IMG/VR virus record: IMGVR_UViG_3300043107_000144
Length of the DNA: 64,000 bases
Source of the DNA: an uncultured virus (IMG/VR IMGVR_UViG_3300043107_000144)
Taxonomy: Duplodnaviria > Heunggongvirae > Uroviricota > Caudoviricetes
Reading direction: 5' to 3' (one strand)
Of the stretch, positions 29,806-39,865 are shown piece by piece. Positions within the stretch are counted from its first letter, which is position 1; the number at the start of each line of letters is the position of its first letter. The position numbers and the translations under genes were made by a program. The notes beneath the pieces were generated by a model. The model was given only the letters and a program-made list of their open reading frames with translations. It was not told the origin of the DNA and made no database searches.

Positions 29806-30900
29806 TTAAATCATCATCGGCATTACCAGTACGGTCGTGAAATCATCATCGCTGCCGGTAACAAGTGCGGCATGGGAGCCATCCGTCATGGAGATGGTAA
29901 GCGTGCCCTCACTGAATGATTTCAAGGCCTGAATGATAAGGTCTGATTTAAGTCCGATGGTAATATCTCCCGTTGAGGTACACTCAACCGTCTCCTTGGA
30001 CTTTCTTGAAAGGTCAATATCGTCTACACTGATTGTCGCTCTTTCGCTCTTAATCTCAAACTTGATAAGTCCGGACTGCGGGCACAGAAGGGCAATACGC
30101 GAGATGGTATCAATAAAGAGCTTTCTGTCGAAGGTGGTCTTTATGGGATTATCCTTTGGGATGATTGCGCGGAAGTTTGGATATTTGCCCTCCGGCTGAC
30201 GGAAATACACCTCCGTATCTGCAAACTTTAGACACGCATTCTTTCCGTTGGTACGCACGTTGATAAGTCCGCTGCGAGAGGAGAGCCTTCCAACGAGCGA
30301 TGTAGTGAAACCATCCACGATAAAGGAGAAACCGACAGCATCGGAATCTACCTTGCGGCTTGCCGTGATAAGGGAGCGTGTGTTTGTAGCGCAATAGGTG
30401 AAGATATTGCCGTTTATCTCGCAATATACTCCGCACAGAACAGGACGAAGTTCATCCGTGCTCATGAATGGTACGGACTTTTCCATGGCAGAGACAAAAG
30501 CCTCCGCGTCGATATATGCTTCGTCTGCATCCTCTTCCAGTCTTGTTATCTCAGGAAAGGAATCTACGTCGTCTGAAGGAAGTGAAAACTCTCCCTGAAA
30601 GTGTGACACGGTAATGGTGGTGGAGCTTATCTCAATGCTTAGCTCCTGCTCAGGAAGGGATGACACCATCTTCAGAAGGGAGGCGCAGTCCACGCAGAAC
30701 ATCCCGTCTTCGGAGATGGATGTGGCTACGATATATTTCCTGATGGTGGACTGACCGTCCGAGCTCTGTAATCTTATTCTGCTTCCTTTTGTCACGAATT
30801 TGACACATGAGAGGATAGGAAGTACCTTACTTCTTCCGCAGAGCGGAGATACTGATTTAAGTGCCTCATGGAGGACTTTCTTGCTGATTTTAATATTCAT
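29806..30900 (-). CDS. dnaN: DNA polymerase III beta sliding clamp
   Basis: LPILSCV, STDELRPVLCGV, EGKYPNFRAIIP and C-terminal LVMPM. Confidence 0.92.
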   Translation of the reverse strand: MNIKISKKVLHEALKSVSPLCGRSKVLPILSCVKFVTKGSRIRLQSSDGQSTIRKYIVATSISEDGMFCVDCASLLKMVSSLPEQELSIEISSTTITVSHFQGEFSLPSDDVDSFPEITRLEEDADEAYIDAEAFVSAMEKSVPFMSTDELRPVLCGVYCEINGNIFTYCATNTRSLITASRKVDSDAVGFSFIVDGFTTSLVGRLSSRSGLINVRTNGKNACLKFADTEVYFRQPEGKYPNFRAIIPKDNPIKTTFDRKLFIDTISRIALLCPQSGLIKFEIKSERATISVDDIDLSRKSKETVECTSTGDITIGLKSDLIIQALKSFSEGTLTISMTDGSHAALVTGSDDDFTTVLVMPMMI

Positions 30901-31079
30901 TGTTTTCTCGCTATTAGTTGGCTTACATTACTCTCTTTTGAATAACACGTGAAATTTTCACATTTCATCAAATAGAATATCTCTCCCCAATATTCAAATA
31001 CACGGACGATTGTGCCCATCTCCAGCTCACCGTACCGGTAGAAGAGCACTTCATCGCCCTTTTTATACTTATTAGTCAT
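30897..31079 (-). CDS. Small hypothetical protein (SH3/KOW-like)
   Basis: KYKKGDEVLF...GTIVRV; overlaps neighbours. Confidence 0.5.
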   Translation of the reverse strand: MTNKYKKGDEVLFYRYGELEMGTIVRVFEYWGEIFYLMKCENFTCYSKESNVSQLIARKQ

Positions 31080-31293
31080 CTTCTATGGTGTTTCGAATGG
31101 ATTTAAGGAGTTTCTTTCCGCTCTTTGTCTTGTTCAGGAACAGCAGCAGGTTCAGCGTGTATGATATGCCAAACATATTTGCCCACATATTTCCGCTCTG
31201 GTTGAACATACAAAGGCATGGAACAAGCAGTACGAAGAACAGCGCGTGCGCGGCTATCTCTTCCTTTGTTATCTTAACTTTCATAGGGCTCAA
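31072..31293 (-). CDS. Small membrane protein
   Basis: Two hydrophobic segments. Confidence 0.5.
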   Translation of the reverse strand: MSPMKVKITKEEIAAHALFFVLLVPCLCMFNQSGNMWANMFGISYTLNLLLFLNKTKSGKKLLKSIRNTIEDD

Positions 31294-31516
31294 GCTTTAT
31301 CATTAAACCTGATACCTTACATACCTTGAACAGGTTGTCAATGCCATACGTGTTCCGCCCTTCAAGAATACGCTCCAGAGTAGGAGGTGAGACCTTTGAA
31401 TCCTTACAGGCTCTGTATTTACTCATTCCGATTTCCTTGAGCCTTTCAATGAGCTGACTACCGATTGAAAGGTAGAACTCATTTTCCTCTTCTGTTCTTT
31501 CTTTTCTTACATTCAT
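31274..31516 (-). CDS. XRE-family HTH regulator
   Basis: GMSKYRACKDSKVSPPTLERILEG; TATATTTG promoter at 31547-31540. Confidence 0.8.
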   Translation of the reverse strand: MNVRKERTEEENEFYLSIGSQLIERLKEIGMSKYRACKDSKVSPPTLERILEGRNTYGIDNLFKVCKVSGLMIKLEPYES

Positions 31517-31574
31517 AATAATCTTTGTTATCTATACCGCAAATATACTACATTCATTTTATCTATGCAAACTT

Positions 31575-31874
31575 TTATACATGAATTTTTTGTACGTATG
31601 TAAGTTCGCCCGTATAGCCTCTTCGTCTTAGCTCGGCAATGAGCTCGACGGGTTTATACTTTGAGAGCGGGCCATCGTCAGTCAGGACGGTGTTTGGCTT
31701 TACTCCCTTGTAATACTTTCTTTGTAGTTCCTTTGAGCAGTCCTTACATGAGCTTTGAAGTCCGTCGTTATGTGCGCGGCTTACGTAGAACTCTGACAGC
31801 GGCAGCCACTTGCCGCATCTGTTGCACTGCTTTACCTTTGGAGTGGTGGCTGAGGTAGATACATTCTCTTCCAT
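31575..31874 (-). CDS. Zinc-finger protein
   Basis: CNRCGKWLPLSEFY...DGLQSSCKDC. Confidence 0.65.
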   Translation of the reverse strand: MEENVSTSATTPKVKQCNRCGKWLPLSEFYVSRAHNDGLQSSCKDCSKELQRKYYKGVKPNTVLTDDGPLSKYKPVELIAELRRRGYTGELTYVQKIHV

Positions 31875-31908
31875 CTTTATTAGCTTTAATGGTTAAACTT
31901 ATATTTAT

Positions 31909-32688
31909 TTAGAATATCGCTCTTACTTTCTTCAGCATTGAGTAGTAGCGCGGAACGGTGAACTCCATGCCGGTGGATGTTCTAGCACCAAGGAAGTTCA
32001 GCTCTTCAACAACTTTCTCGACCTTGCTCTTTCCGTCTATCTTACCGTGGTTTCTCTCATAGTTGGAGATGTAGCGGAAGAAAAAGACGTTGTGCTCGTT
32101 GGCTTTGGCTCTTTCGGTCTTTCTTTCACCTGATACCTTGCCTGCCTTGGAGAGGCTTTCCTTCGTCCATTTATCGCTTCCAAGCTTCGTAATGACACGA
32201 CCTGCGTTCTTGCCTTTTCTAGTGATATGCTGACCTCTTACCTTCAGTTCATGCTTGATTGAACCAAGCTCCGCATTGACACGGTCGCACAACAGTTCTC
32301 GCTCTGTTTGAGCAGCAAATGCGAAGTTATTGATAATCATCTCGTCGATAGCTCTCATCTTATCACATTGAAGGTCTAGGTTCATGCTGACAATGACAAG
32401 GCGAATCTTACGAGGTTTCAGGTCTTCATTGACAAGCTTGCTTATATCGCACATGGAACGTCCAAGACGTGATAGCTCTGAAACGATAAGCATATCACCC
32501 TCACTCATCATGTCGAGAAGTTTTGACAGGTTTCTTTGCTTATATGAAATCTTTCCTGAAACTCCCTCATCTGATACCGTACCAGTAATTGTGAGGTTTC
32601 TCGACTCTAAGAATCCATTGATTCTGAATCTTTGTTGTTCCAACGTCTGCTGGTCTGTTGAAACACGATTGTACTGATAAACTTTCAT
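31909..32688 (-). CDS. Serine recombinase (resolvase/invertase family)
   Basis: YNRVSTDQQ catalytic motif, DEGVSG, LIVSELSRLGRS. Confidence 0.9.
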   Translation of the reverse strand: MKVYQYNRVSTDQQTLEQQRFRINGFLESRNLTITGTVSDEGVSGKISYKQRNLSKLLDMMSEGDMLIVSELSRLGRSMCDISKLVNEDLKPRKIRLVIVSMNLDLQCDKMRAIDEMIINNFAFAAQTERELLCDRVNAELGSIKHELKVRGQHITRKGKNAGRVITKLGSDKWTKESLSKAGKVSGERKTERAKANEHNVFFFRYISNYERNHGKIDGKSKVEKVVEELNFLGARTSTGMEFTVPRYYSMLKKVRAIF

Positions 32689-32787
32689 ATTCCTAGAATT
32701 TTGATTATTACTTGTGGGAGGATTGCTCCTCCCTTAAACCAACTCAAACTTATGAATAATTCTCCGTATGAAAGCGAAGATTGATTT

Positions 32788-33300
32788 TTACTTCTTCTTT
32801 CTCCGGACCGACCTATCCTCAATATATTGCGATAGGATGATTCGTATGTTTCGGCTACTTTTTGTAGCTTCATTGCTTATTCTAGCGACCTTAATACGAA
32901 CACCGTCAAATACCAAATCACGAAGTTCATCCTTTTTCCTTTGCGTCATTGAATCATGATAGCCGCCATCAACTTCTATAACCAGATTATCGTTAGGAAG
33001 GAAGAAGTCTACAAAGTAAACCTTCTCGTCAATAACGAATGGAGCCTGAAAGATATAAGGGATTTGCATTATCTTCAAGTACCTCATTACGTTCTGCTCG
33101 GAAGTTGTCATCCTTCCTCTAAGGTTAAGCATTGTGTGCTCAATCCAGTCGCGGAAATTTTCATCAACACGCAGCTTGTGAAGATGTTCGAAGTCTGCGT
33201 AATAATCTTTTATCTCATGTTCACGTCTACTCTTCTTCACGCGAACGATTTTCTTCTCATCCTTTTCGGATAGCTTATGCTTCTTCTGGTACCAATCCAT
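32788..33300 (-). CDS. DUF559/Vsr-like PD-(D/E)xK endonuclease
   Basis: FVDFFLP..LVIEVDGGYH...KKDELRD...GVRIKVARISN. Confidence 0.8.
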   Translation of the reverse strand: MDWYQKKHKLSEKDEKKIVRVKKSRREHEIKDYYADFEHLHKLRVDENFRDWIEHTMLNLRGRMTTSEQNVMRYLKIMQIPYIFQAPFVIDEKVYFVDFFLPNDNLVIEVDGGYHDSMTQRKKDELRDLVFDGVRIKVARISNEATKSSRNIRIILSQYIEDRSVRRKKK

Positions 33301-33420
33301 AGCGCTTATTTCTTTGGGAAATCCCGTAGGGATTTTCTTTCTTTAGGAAGCCTATCCACTGTTCCTGATTATAAATAATATATATGGTTGCAAAACGTAC
33401 ACACATAAATAAAAAAACAA

Positions 33421-34251
33421 TCAATGCTCGAAACAAGCGATAGGACTATAAACTTCATTCTCTCTATGACGTTTTCTGTGATTGAATATCACATTGGTCG
33501 CCATGTGAATATCCTCGTCTCTGGTGATACGATATTCATTCGCATCACGCACAACAAGGAACTTCGTACTTTGATAGCGTCCTCTTGAAAGGAGGAATCT
33601 ATCATCCGTAAGCGCAATCTTTCTGTCAAGGTCAAATACCGGTATCTCTTCATGACGTATGGTCTGAATGATGCCGCTCTCTTCCAAGCGATTGAGATGA
33701 CGTGATACGGTGGAATATGAACACTTTGCTACGTTGGCAAGTTTTCTTACCGACAAGGCTCTGCGACGCTCTGAATGAGAGGATGTTTTCGTTCCTGATT
33801 TCAGAAAATCATTCTTACGTTGCTTTGCATTGACCGGATAAAGAATCATGGCATCAACGAGTTCACGTGATATATCCCGGTGTGAAATATCTTCTGTCTC
33901 GTGCAAACGGAACTTGATACAATACGCAGCGTAAGCCTTGTATGTGCGTTGTCCGCTCGTGTACTCCTGCGGCTGAATGCCACGCAGGAATGAACGTGCT
34001 ACGAGGAAGTTTTTCTCTTTGTTGTAGTAGAACAGTTCATCGTTCTGTTTCGCCTCTCTAAGAAGGCGTTCAGCCTTTGCCTTACCGCAGGAGAGCATCT
34101 TGCGTATAAGATAAACAGACGGGTGGGTTCCACTTGAAATGGTGTAATTTTTAAGGCATACAGCAAATACAAACAAGTCCCACGCCCTGCTGTTCTTGCG
34201 GTAGCGTGCGACAAGCTCCTTTGGAAGATTTAAGTATTTTCTGTTAGCCAT
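33421..34251 (-). CDS. Winged-helix DNA-binding / Rep-like protein
   Basis: LSVRKLANVAKCSYSTVSRHLNRLEESGII; structured 5' leader. Confidence 0.55.
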   Translation of the reverse strand: MANRKYLNLPKELVARYRKNSRAWDLFVFAVCLKNYTISSGTHPSVYLIRKMLSCGKAKAERLLREAKQNDELFYYNKEKNFLVARSFLRGIQPQEYTSGQRTYKAYAAYCIKFRLHETEDISHRDISRELVDAMILYPVNAKQRKNDFLKSGTKTSSHSERRRALSVRKLANVAKCSYSTVSRHLNRLEESGIIQTIRHEEIPVFDLDRKIALTDDRFLLSRGRYQSTKFLVVRDANEYRITRDEDIHMATNVIFNHRKRHRENEVYSPIACFEH

Positions 34252-34263
34252 ATAAAAACAACG

Positions 34264-34404
34264 AGAGCTTTTAATGTCGTGGCAGGGTTACGCATTAAAA
34301 GCTCTAAAAAACATTCATGCCATGAGAAGCATGAGTTATACGTTGTTATGTCGTTGAGCGTTAGCGTTCCCTGCCCTTTTGCTAAATCTCGTGCAGCAAA
34401 CATA
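34264..34404 (-). promoter_or_regulatory. Promoter plus structured leader whose hairpin loop is complementary to its 5' segment
   Basis: TATGTTTG promoter; 13-bp stem 34264-34305; loop 34281-34287 complementary to 34369-34375. Confidence 0.6.
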
Positions 34405-34510
34405 CAACATAAATCACATCCGACCAAATCTTAAACTGATTATTTTTAGTTTGCGGCTATTTTTTAACTTTTGTTAGCCGCAATGAAGGTTTGTTTACAA
34501 AAACCAACCT

Positions 34511-35026
34511 TTAATAGTCCGCGCTCTCTGTACTGATACACTCATTGTAGAGCTCCGTAATCTTACGGATAAGCGACAGTTTCTTTCCCGCGTTGGCATC
34601 CATCGGGTCGTCATCATCCTCAAATCTCTTTTCAATCTCCGAGACTGCAAGAAGAAGAGAATCGAATGCCTTACAGAAGTCATTCTCACCGGTAAAGCAA
34701 CTGGCTTTCCACCGTTCATCTCTTCCTGCCGACTTGCTCAGCTCGATACATCTCTTCGCCAGCACTTCTACGTAATCATCTCCGCCAACGTATGTAGTGG
34801 TGATATTACCGCTTGATACCGGCACGATACTTCCTTCTTCGTATCCGAGCACCCTTAATGTGACCCACGCACCACCTGCGGTAGCAATCAATGCGTTGAA
34901 TGTATCATCCCATCCGTGCATGATGAAACGATGAAACCTTGCCGCCTCTTCTCTTGTATCAAATCTCGATACTTCTTCCTGCTGATGCCCAGTGTAGCGT
35001 ACTACTACTTCGTACTTTGTTATCAT
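34511..35026 (-). CDS. Array gene, hypothetical
   Basis: 171 aa with array leader. Confidence 0.7.
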   Translation of the reverse strand: MITKYEVVVRYTGHQQEEVSRFDTREEAARFHRFIMHGWDDTFNALIATAGGAWVTLRVLGYEEGSIVPVSSGNITTTYVGGDDYVEVLAKRCIELSKSAGRDERWKASCFTGENDFCKAFDSLLLAVSEIEKRFEDDDDPMDANAGKKLSLIRKITELYNECISTESADY

Positions 35027-35082
35027 ATTCTCATTAAATTAATTGGTTAATACTAGCAGGCGGCATATAACCGCCATTTGTA

Positions 35083-35394
35083 CTATAGCTCATAAAATTC
35101 ATCTTGGCAGGTATCATACGCATACCTCCAACTTTCCGTTTTTTCGTCCCATATTTGAACCTCATCGTCAATGTAGTAGCAATCATTAAGATAATCATAA
35201 TTTATGCAACCTTTTAGAATATTTTCAGAGGTTGTGAATGTGAACCGGAACTTATTTAGGTCTTTCTTGTATTTCCGCTCATATATGCGCAACCCATACT
35301 TTCGCACAAGCTCGTAAAGTTCCCAGAATATGCCGATAAACTCAACATCTATTTTTAAAAGTTGCAGCTTTTTTTTAATTTGCTTCTTTTTCAT
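35083..35394 (-). CDS. Array gene, hypothetical
   Basis: 103 aa with array leader; AT-rich. Confidence 0.7.
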   Translation of the reverse strand: MKKKQIKKKLQLLKIDVEFIGIFWELYELVRKYGLRIYERKYKKDLNKFRFTFTTSENILKGCINYDYLNDCYYIDDEVQIWDEKTESWRYAYDTCQDEFYEL

Positions 35395-35452
35395 ATTCTT
35401 TCAGTTTTATTGGTTAATACTAGCAGGCGGCCATTTTCAGACCGCCCTTTAA

Positions 35453-35632
35453 TCACGCTTCTCTTGCTATGGGTTTGTCTATCCCTGCGGCATAAGCTTT
35501 CATGAATAGCAGAAGAGATAACTCCTTACCGTCCTCGCCTGAGAACTTCAGTTTTTTCTCTTTTACTTGTTTCTTCCACTCATTCTCGCAGTAGACAATC
35601 TCCTCGTAGGAGAGCTCGCTTACATCTCGCAT
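35453..35632 (-). CDS. Array gene, hypothetical (not in ORF track)
   Basis: 59 aa MRDVSELSYEEIVYCENEW... Confidence 0.6.
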   Translation of the reverse strand: MRDVSELSYEEIVYCENEWKKQVKEKKLKFSGEDGKELSLLLFMKAYAAGIDKPIAREA

Positions 35633-35678
35633 AACTTAAACACTTAAATGATTAATACTATAGTTGACTTATGAATCG

Positions 35679-35915
35679 TCATTTAAGGAACCACTCAGCG
35701 TAGTTGTGAAGCGCTTCGTTTCGAGTACTTCCGGTGGCAATCACATCATCGTCGTCGGTATAAGCAGTCCAGAGCTTATTAAATTCGCTCATCATGCGCC
35801 CATGCAGCCAGCACCATCTATTTGCTTCAGCAGCTGTATTAAAGTCCTCGACGATATTACCATTCTCATCCGTAAGTGAAAGTATGACTTTCACGTTTTT
35901 TCCGTTAATCTTCAT
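35679..35915 (-). CDS. Array gene, hypothetical
   Basis: 78 aa with leader. Confidence 0.7.
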   Translation of the reverse strand: MKINGKNVKVILSLTDENGNIVEDFNTAAEANRWCWLHGRMMSEFNKLWTAYTDDDDVIATGSTRNEALHNYAEWFLK

Positions 35916-35999
35916 AATTCTTTCATTTTATTGGTTAATACTATGTAGGCGGTCAATAAAGACCGCCTTTAGCTTGAATCAGACTACAAGCACCTTTTG

Positions 36000-36566
36000 T
36001 TATTCCCATCCGAGAATATTTTCTTTGTAATCACGCTCAAAGTCAGGTATAACACTGAATTTACCACATTCCCCAAGATAGTAGGCATTGTCGTCCTTAT
36101 CCACACAGACCACATCCTGATAAGCATCATTACAGATTGGAACTCTAAGACCTATTCGTTTGCAAATCTCAGTAACATCAAGCGGATAGTAATCTTCAAT
36201 CTGGTAGATGTACTTTTCAAGGTCTTTAATATCTTTCACATCCTCGCCCTTGATATATCCGAAGTGCTTGTTTCCGATTGTCTTAATTCCCTCTTCATAG
36301 AGGGCTTTCTCAACAATCTGAATCAGGTCGGGCAAGATGTCGTTCTGATAGTCACCGGCCATAATCACCGGGCGGTTAACGTCAACCTCTGCAACCACCT
36401 TGTAGTAGTCGCCAAATTCGTCTACGTTAATATCGTCCGCGTCAAACACCTGAGTGTACTGGCTATCCACTTCAACAGCGTAGAATTTCTGAACCATTGT
36501 TCCAAAATCCTCGACTACATTCTTGTTAACTCTCGGTTGAAAAGCATTTACTTCAATCGTCTTCAT
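36000..36566 (-). CDS. Array gene, acidic hypothetical
   Basis: 188 aa, D/E-rich. Confidence 0.7.
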   Translation of the reverse strand: MKTIEVNAFQPRVNKNVVEDFGTMVQKFYAVEVDSQYTQVFDADDINVDEFGDYYKVVAEVDVNRPVIMAGDYQNDILPDLIQIVEKALYEEGIKTIGNKHFGYIKGEDVKDIKDLEKYIYQIEDYYPLDVTEICKRIGLRVPICNDAYQDVVCVDKDDNAYYLGECGKFSVIPDFERDYKENILGWE

Positions 36567-36624
36567 AATTCTTTTGTTTTTATTGGTTAATACTTGTGTA
36601 GGCGGCAGGTGCCGCCAGTTTTTA

Positions 36625-36954
36625 TTATTCAGCTATAATCTTCTCGACCTCTTCGAGAGTATAGAATGTGCCACCGAAGGTATATTCTGAATTGTCATTG
36701 ATATAGAAGTCCTGCGACAGATAGACAGGCTCTATATTACTCTTCGGCTCTTCCGTGATACATAGGTCCAGCTCCCAACCATCGGACAGCGGATACGTAA
36801 AGTAGTTGTCTACGAAGGTATCACCATCATTGCATACGTCGTAGTATTCGAATGCGCTGACGCCTTCTCTCTTTAAAGTTTCATTGGCTTTATTCCATGC
36901 AGCCAGAACTTCTTTTGCTCTTTCCTTGCTAATCTTTACTTCGTACATATTCAT
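36625..36954 (-). CDS. Array gene, acidic hypothetical
   Basis: 109 aa. Confidence 0.7.
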   Translation of the reverse strand: MNMYEVKISKERAKEVLAAWNKANETLKREGVSAFEYYDVCNDGDTFVDNYFTYPLSDGWELDLCITEEPKSNIEPVYLSQDFYINDNSEYTFGGTFYTLEEVEKIIAE

Positions 36955-37001
36955 AAGTTTATTGGTTAATACTTGTGGAAGGCTTTCATGTAGCGCCTCC
37001 C

Positions 37002-37298
37002 TTATTTCTTTCCCGGCTCTATATGGTATTCATCGCCATGGAAGTAATCATCACAGATGTTCTCAATCCAGTCGATTGCCTCGCAGTTGTCTTCAACCCC
37101 GAAGCATTCGAAGGAAAAGAACTCTCCGTTTGATTCGAATGCCTTGACAAACAGTCTATCCACGTGCATGATATTGGTATATATCATATCAAAGTGGATT
37201 GAATCTGATTCGCTGCTAGCAGATATGGAGAACAGGTGATGTTCTCGTTGCTCCGCCATATATCCATTCAGTATGGAGCTTTCGCCATCTAATATCAT
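37002..37298 (-). CDS. Array gene, acidic hypothetical
   Basis: 98 aa. Confidence 0.65.
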   Translation of the reverse strand: MILDGESSILNGYMAEQREHHLFSISASSESDSIHFDMIYTNIMHVDRLFVKAFESNGEFFSFECFGVEDNCEAIDWIENICDDYFHGDEYHIEPGKK

Positions 37299-37400
37299 AA
37301 TATAAGCATTTAATGGTTATTGTTCGGGGACTATCCTCACGGACTGTCCCCGATGAGATTAACATTTAACATTTAAAATTAGGAATTATGAAAAAACCTA

Positions 37401-37435
37401 GTGGGCGGAAACGACCGCCCTTATGTGCAAATATA
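37401..37435 (-). promoter_or_regulatory. Internal array promoter followed by an array-type hairpin
   Basis: TATATTTG at 37435-37428, then GGGCGG..CCGCCC hairpin at 37403-37420. Confidence 0.5.
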
Positions 37436-37570
37436 TAAATTATTTGCCGTGTCCTGTCATTTCGTTAAACGTATTTAACAGGAAAGTCATGAAAATTAAA
37501 ATTGTAAAAAGCATATAGATTAATTTTAAAGGGTTTATAAATCGGTGGGCGGTCATATAACCGCCCTTTT

Positions 37571-38131
37571 CTACTCTTCGTCCGGCTCTTCATCTTCCGG
37601 GTCGAACGCATTAAGACCAACACCGATGATGTACAGAGTGCCTGAATCATGTGTATCCATTCTGCTTACTGCGTACCGCGTATCGGTTTCAAGGTAGTCT
37701 TCCTCGAATGTTATCACTACCTCGTGGGAAGCACGCATTTCAAGTGCGTCGGAAACACGTTTCATCTTCTCGATGTATTCCTGAGCCTGAGATACATTGT
37801 CAAGTTCTGTTACGAATCCAATATTTCTCTGGAAGTATTCTTCAGCCGTTTCATCAAGCACTTCGTAGTCAAAGGAATCTGACTTGTAGAAGTCCTTCGC
37901 GTCAAGACCTTTGCCGCAGAAAACACCACGGTCTTCGTACACCTTCCGACCATTTTGTCTGGTGTAGAGATGTACTTCAAGTCCGTACTGTTGGGCAAAC
38001 TGTTCAACTTCGTCCATGTCGATGAATCCGATGAATGCGCGGCCATCAATGGTCGGAGCTATCATGAATCCGTCATACTTGTGTTCTTCCATCATTCTGT
38101 CAAGCAGTGCATAATACTCATTTCTTTTCAT
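37571..38131 (-). CDS. Array gene, acidic; apparent paralog of 43801-44364
   Basis: 186 aa; shared GF..E...A...LE and D.GT.Y.I.VG patterns. Confidence 0.7.
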   Translation of the reverse strand: MKRNEYYALLDRMMEEHKYDGFMIAPTIDGRAFIGFIDMDEVEQFAQQYGLEVHLYTRQNGRKVYEDRGVFCGKGLDAKDFYKSDSFDYEVLDETAEEYFQRNIGFVTELDNVSQAQEYIEKMKRVSDALEMRASHEVVITFEEDYLETDTRYAVSRMDTHDSGTLYIIGVGLNAFDPEDEEPDEE

Positions 38132-38189
38132 ATTTGTAAGTTTTTAATGGTTAATAACTAGTAGGCGGTCAGTAGATACCGCCCAATCT

Positions 38190-38591
38190 TTAGTCGATTC
38201 TTTCATCGAATGAGAATACCTCGACTGCACATTTCCAATACGGTAGAGGAAACGGAGTCTTCGATAATCTATATCCAGTCCAACCGCACTCGCATATACG
38301 GAACATGTGGTAGCCGGCTTTTATCAACTCATCGAATGCCTGCTGCATCTCGACCCCACGGATAACATATCCTTTGTCGCTGCTACATATAGGCTCGAAG
38401 TGGAATCCGTAGAACTCACCGCTTCTATGCCCTATTACCTGTCGGCACCTGTTTCGGCATCTGCCGCCATCATTCGGGTGATAGATGTTCCAGCAATTCT
38501 GCTCGCACAGGAAAGCGTCGCAAATAGCTTGTACAACCTCTTCTCTAATCTCTGTTGGCTGAACGTAGTCGTTCGGTTTAATCTTTATCAT
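38190..38591 (-). CDS. Array gene, Cys-rich hypothetical
   Basis: 133 aa. Confidence 0.7.
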   Translation of the reverse strand: MIKIKPNDYVQPTEIREEVVQAICDAFLCEQNCWNIYHPNDGGRCRNRCRQVIGHRSGEFYGFHFEPICSSDKGYVIRGVEMQQAFDELIKAGYHMFRICECGWTGYRLSKTPFPLPYWKCAVEVFSFDERID

Positions 38592-38643
38592 AATTGTAAG
38601 TTTTAATGGTTAATACTCGCAGTCGGGTCGCCCCGACCATCAA

Positions 38644-38907
38644 TCAAGCCCTTCCTCCATAGCAGTAGGATAAAGCCTCGTTTATGCACGCTTCAAGCGT
38701 TGAGAATGTTTGAAAACCCTGCATATCAAAGAATGGGTGCGAGAGCGGTTCATTGTATATCTTTCCAAAGATATAATACTTTTCTCCGCGGTAGTTGATT
38801 TGTTCGTTCCACCCGACAAAGTAGTGTTTGTATTCTTTAATGATACCACATCTGCCTTGCCATTTCTCTAACTCCGCCCAATCTTCTCTTGTTATTTTCC
38901 GTGCCAT
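38644..38907 (-). CDS. Array gene, hypothetical
   Basis: 87 aa. Confidence 0.7.
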   Translation of the reverse strand: MARKITREDWAELEKWQGRCGIIKEYKHYFVGWNEQINYRGEKYYIFGKIYNEPLSHPFFDMQGFQTFSTLEACINEALSYCYGGRA

Positions 38908-38944
38908 ATATCATAAGTTTTATTGGTTAGTATTAGCAGCCGGA

Positions 38945-39223
38945 TTACTCCGGCTCGTTCTTCTTCACCTCCTCTATACAGGAGTAGGTGAGATGTTCGT
39001 CAATCTCTACGTATGCTCCACCATGTTTGCCAACGAATATATCAAATCTCTCTTCAACCATCTTTCTGTACTTCTCATCCCACAGGTTTCCGTAATGAAG
39101 GACGTCCGTCATGAGGAATGATACAAGGTTATAACGTGTCGTTTCATTGTTTACGAATGAAGCAACGTGCTGGATTGTTCCATCATCCTTGATGGAATTT
39201 ACTTTGAATACTTTCTCTTTCAT
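38945..39223 (-). CDS. Array gene, hypothetical
   Basis: 92 aa. Confidence 0.7.
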   Translation of the reverse strand: MKEKVFKVNSIKDDGTIQHVASFVNNETTRYNLVSFLMTDVLHYGNLWDEKYRKMVEERFDIFVGKHGGAYVEIDEHLTYSCIEEVKKNEPE

Positions 39224-39277
39224 ATATGATAAGTTTATTGGTTTATATTGGTGGGCGGCTCTTTTCGAGCCAACCTT

Positions 39278-39550
39278 TTAGTGAATTTCGTAGAGGTAGA
39301 ATTTTGAATCGCAACCGTCGCCGGCGGCAATTACGGCACCAACTTTGGTTTCGCCTTTAAGTGTCTCATTGAGCACCCACAAGTAATCTTTTGTCGGATT
39401 AAACTCACCTGCGGACAATGTAGCTTTCTTACCAAACGCTAATTCTATCGCTTCTTCTTTGGATAATGTAAATTTGCTAGCATAAATGCCCATTTGCGGT
39501 TGTACTTGCTTGTTGAAAATTTGTCTAAGGATTTCAAATGTTGTATTCAT
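39278..39550 (-). CDS. Array gene, hypothetical
   Basis: 90 aa. Confidence 0.7.
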   Translation of the reverse strand: MNTTFEILRQIFNKQVQPQMGIYASKFTLSKEEAIELAFGKKATLSAGEFNPTKDYLWVLNETLKGETKVGAVIAAGDGCDSKFYLYEIH

Positions 39551-39608
39551 TTCTTTAAAGTTTTAATTGGTTTAACATTCGCGGGCGGCAGAACCGCCCT
39601 GAAACATT

Positions 39609-39809
39609 CTAAATTCTTGCTGTACTTTCTTTTATCGCCCACTGAACGAGCTCTCTAAGACCTTCTCTTGTGTCGGACTTTACCGGTATTAAATAACCAC
39701 CGTACAGTACATCTGCCACATACCATCCGGTAAGGCTTTTTACAATATTTCCCGACCACTCGCCATCAATCATGATGTCGTTTTTCTTTGTAAATACAAC
39801 TTTCTTCAT
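39609..39809 (-). CDS. Array gene, hypothetical
   Basis: 66 aa. Confidence 0.7.
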   Translation of the reverse strand: MKKVVFTKKNDIMIDGEWSGNIVKSLTGWYVADVLYGGYLIPVKSDTREGLRELVQWAIKESTARI

Positions 39810-39865
39810 AATACGTAGTTTTTATTGGTTAGTAATTGTAGTCGGGATAAACCCGACTGAATAGG

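Noticed and set aside
32788..33300. DUF559 nuclease as the cognate restriction enzyme of the methylases
   Set aside because: Unlinked (about 17 kb away, opposite strand) and of a family common as stand-alone phage nucleases.
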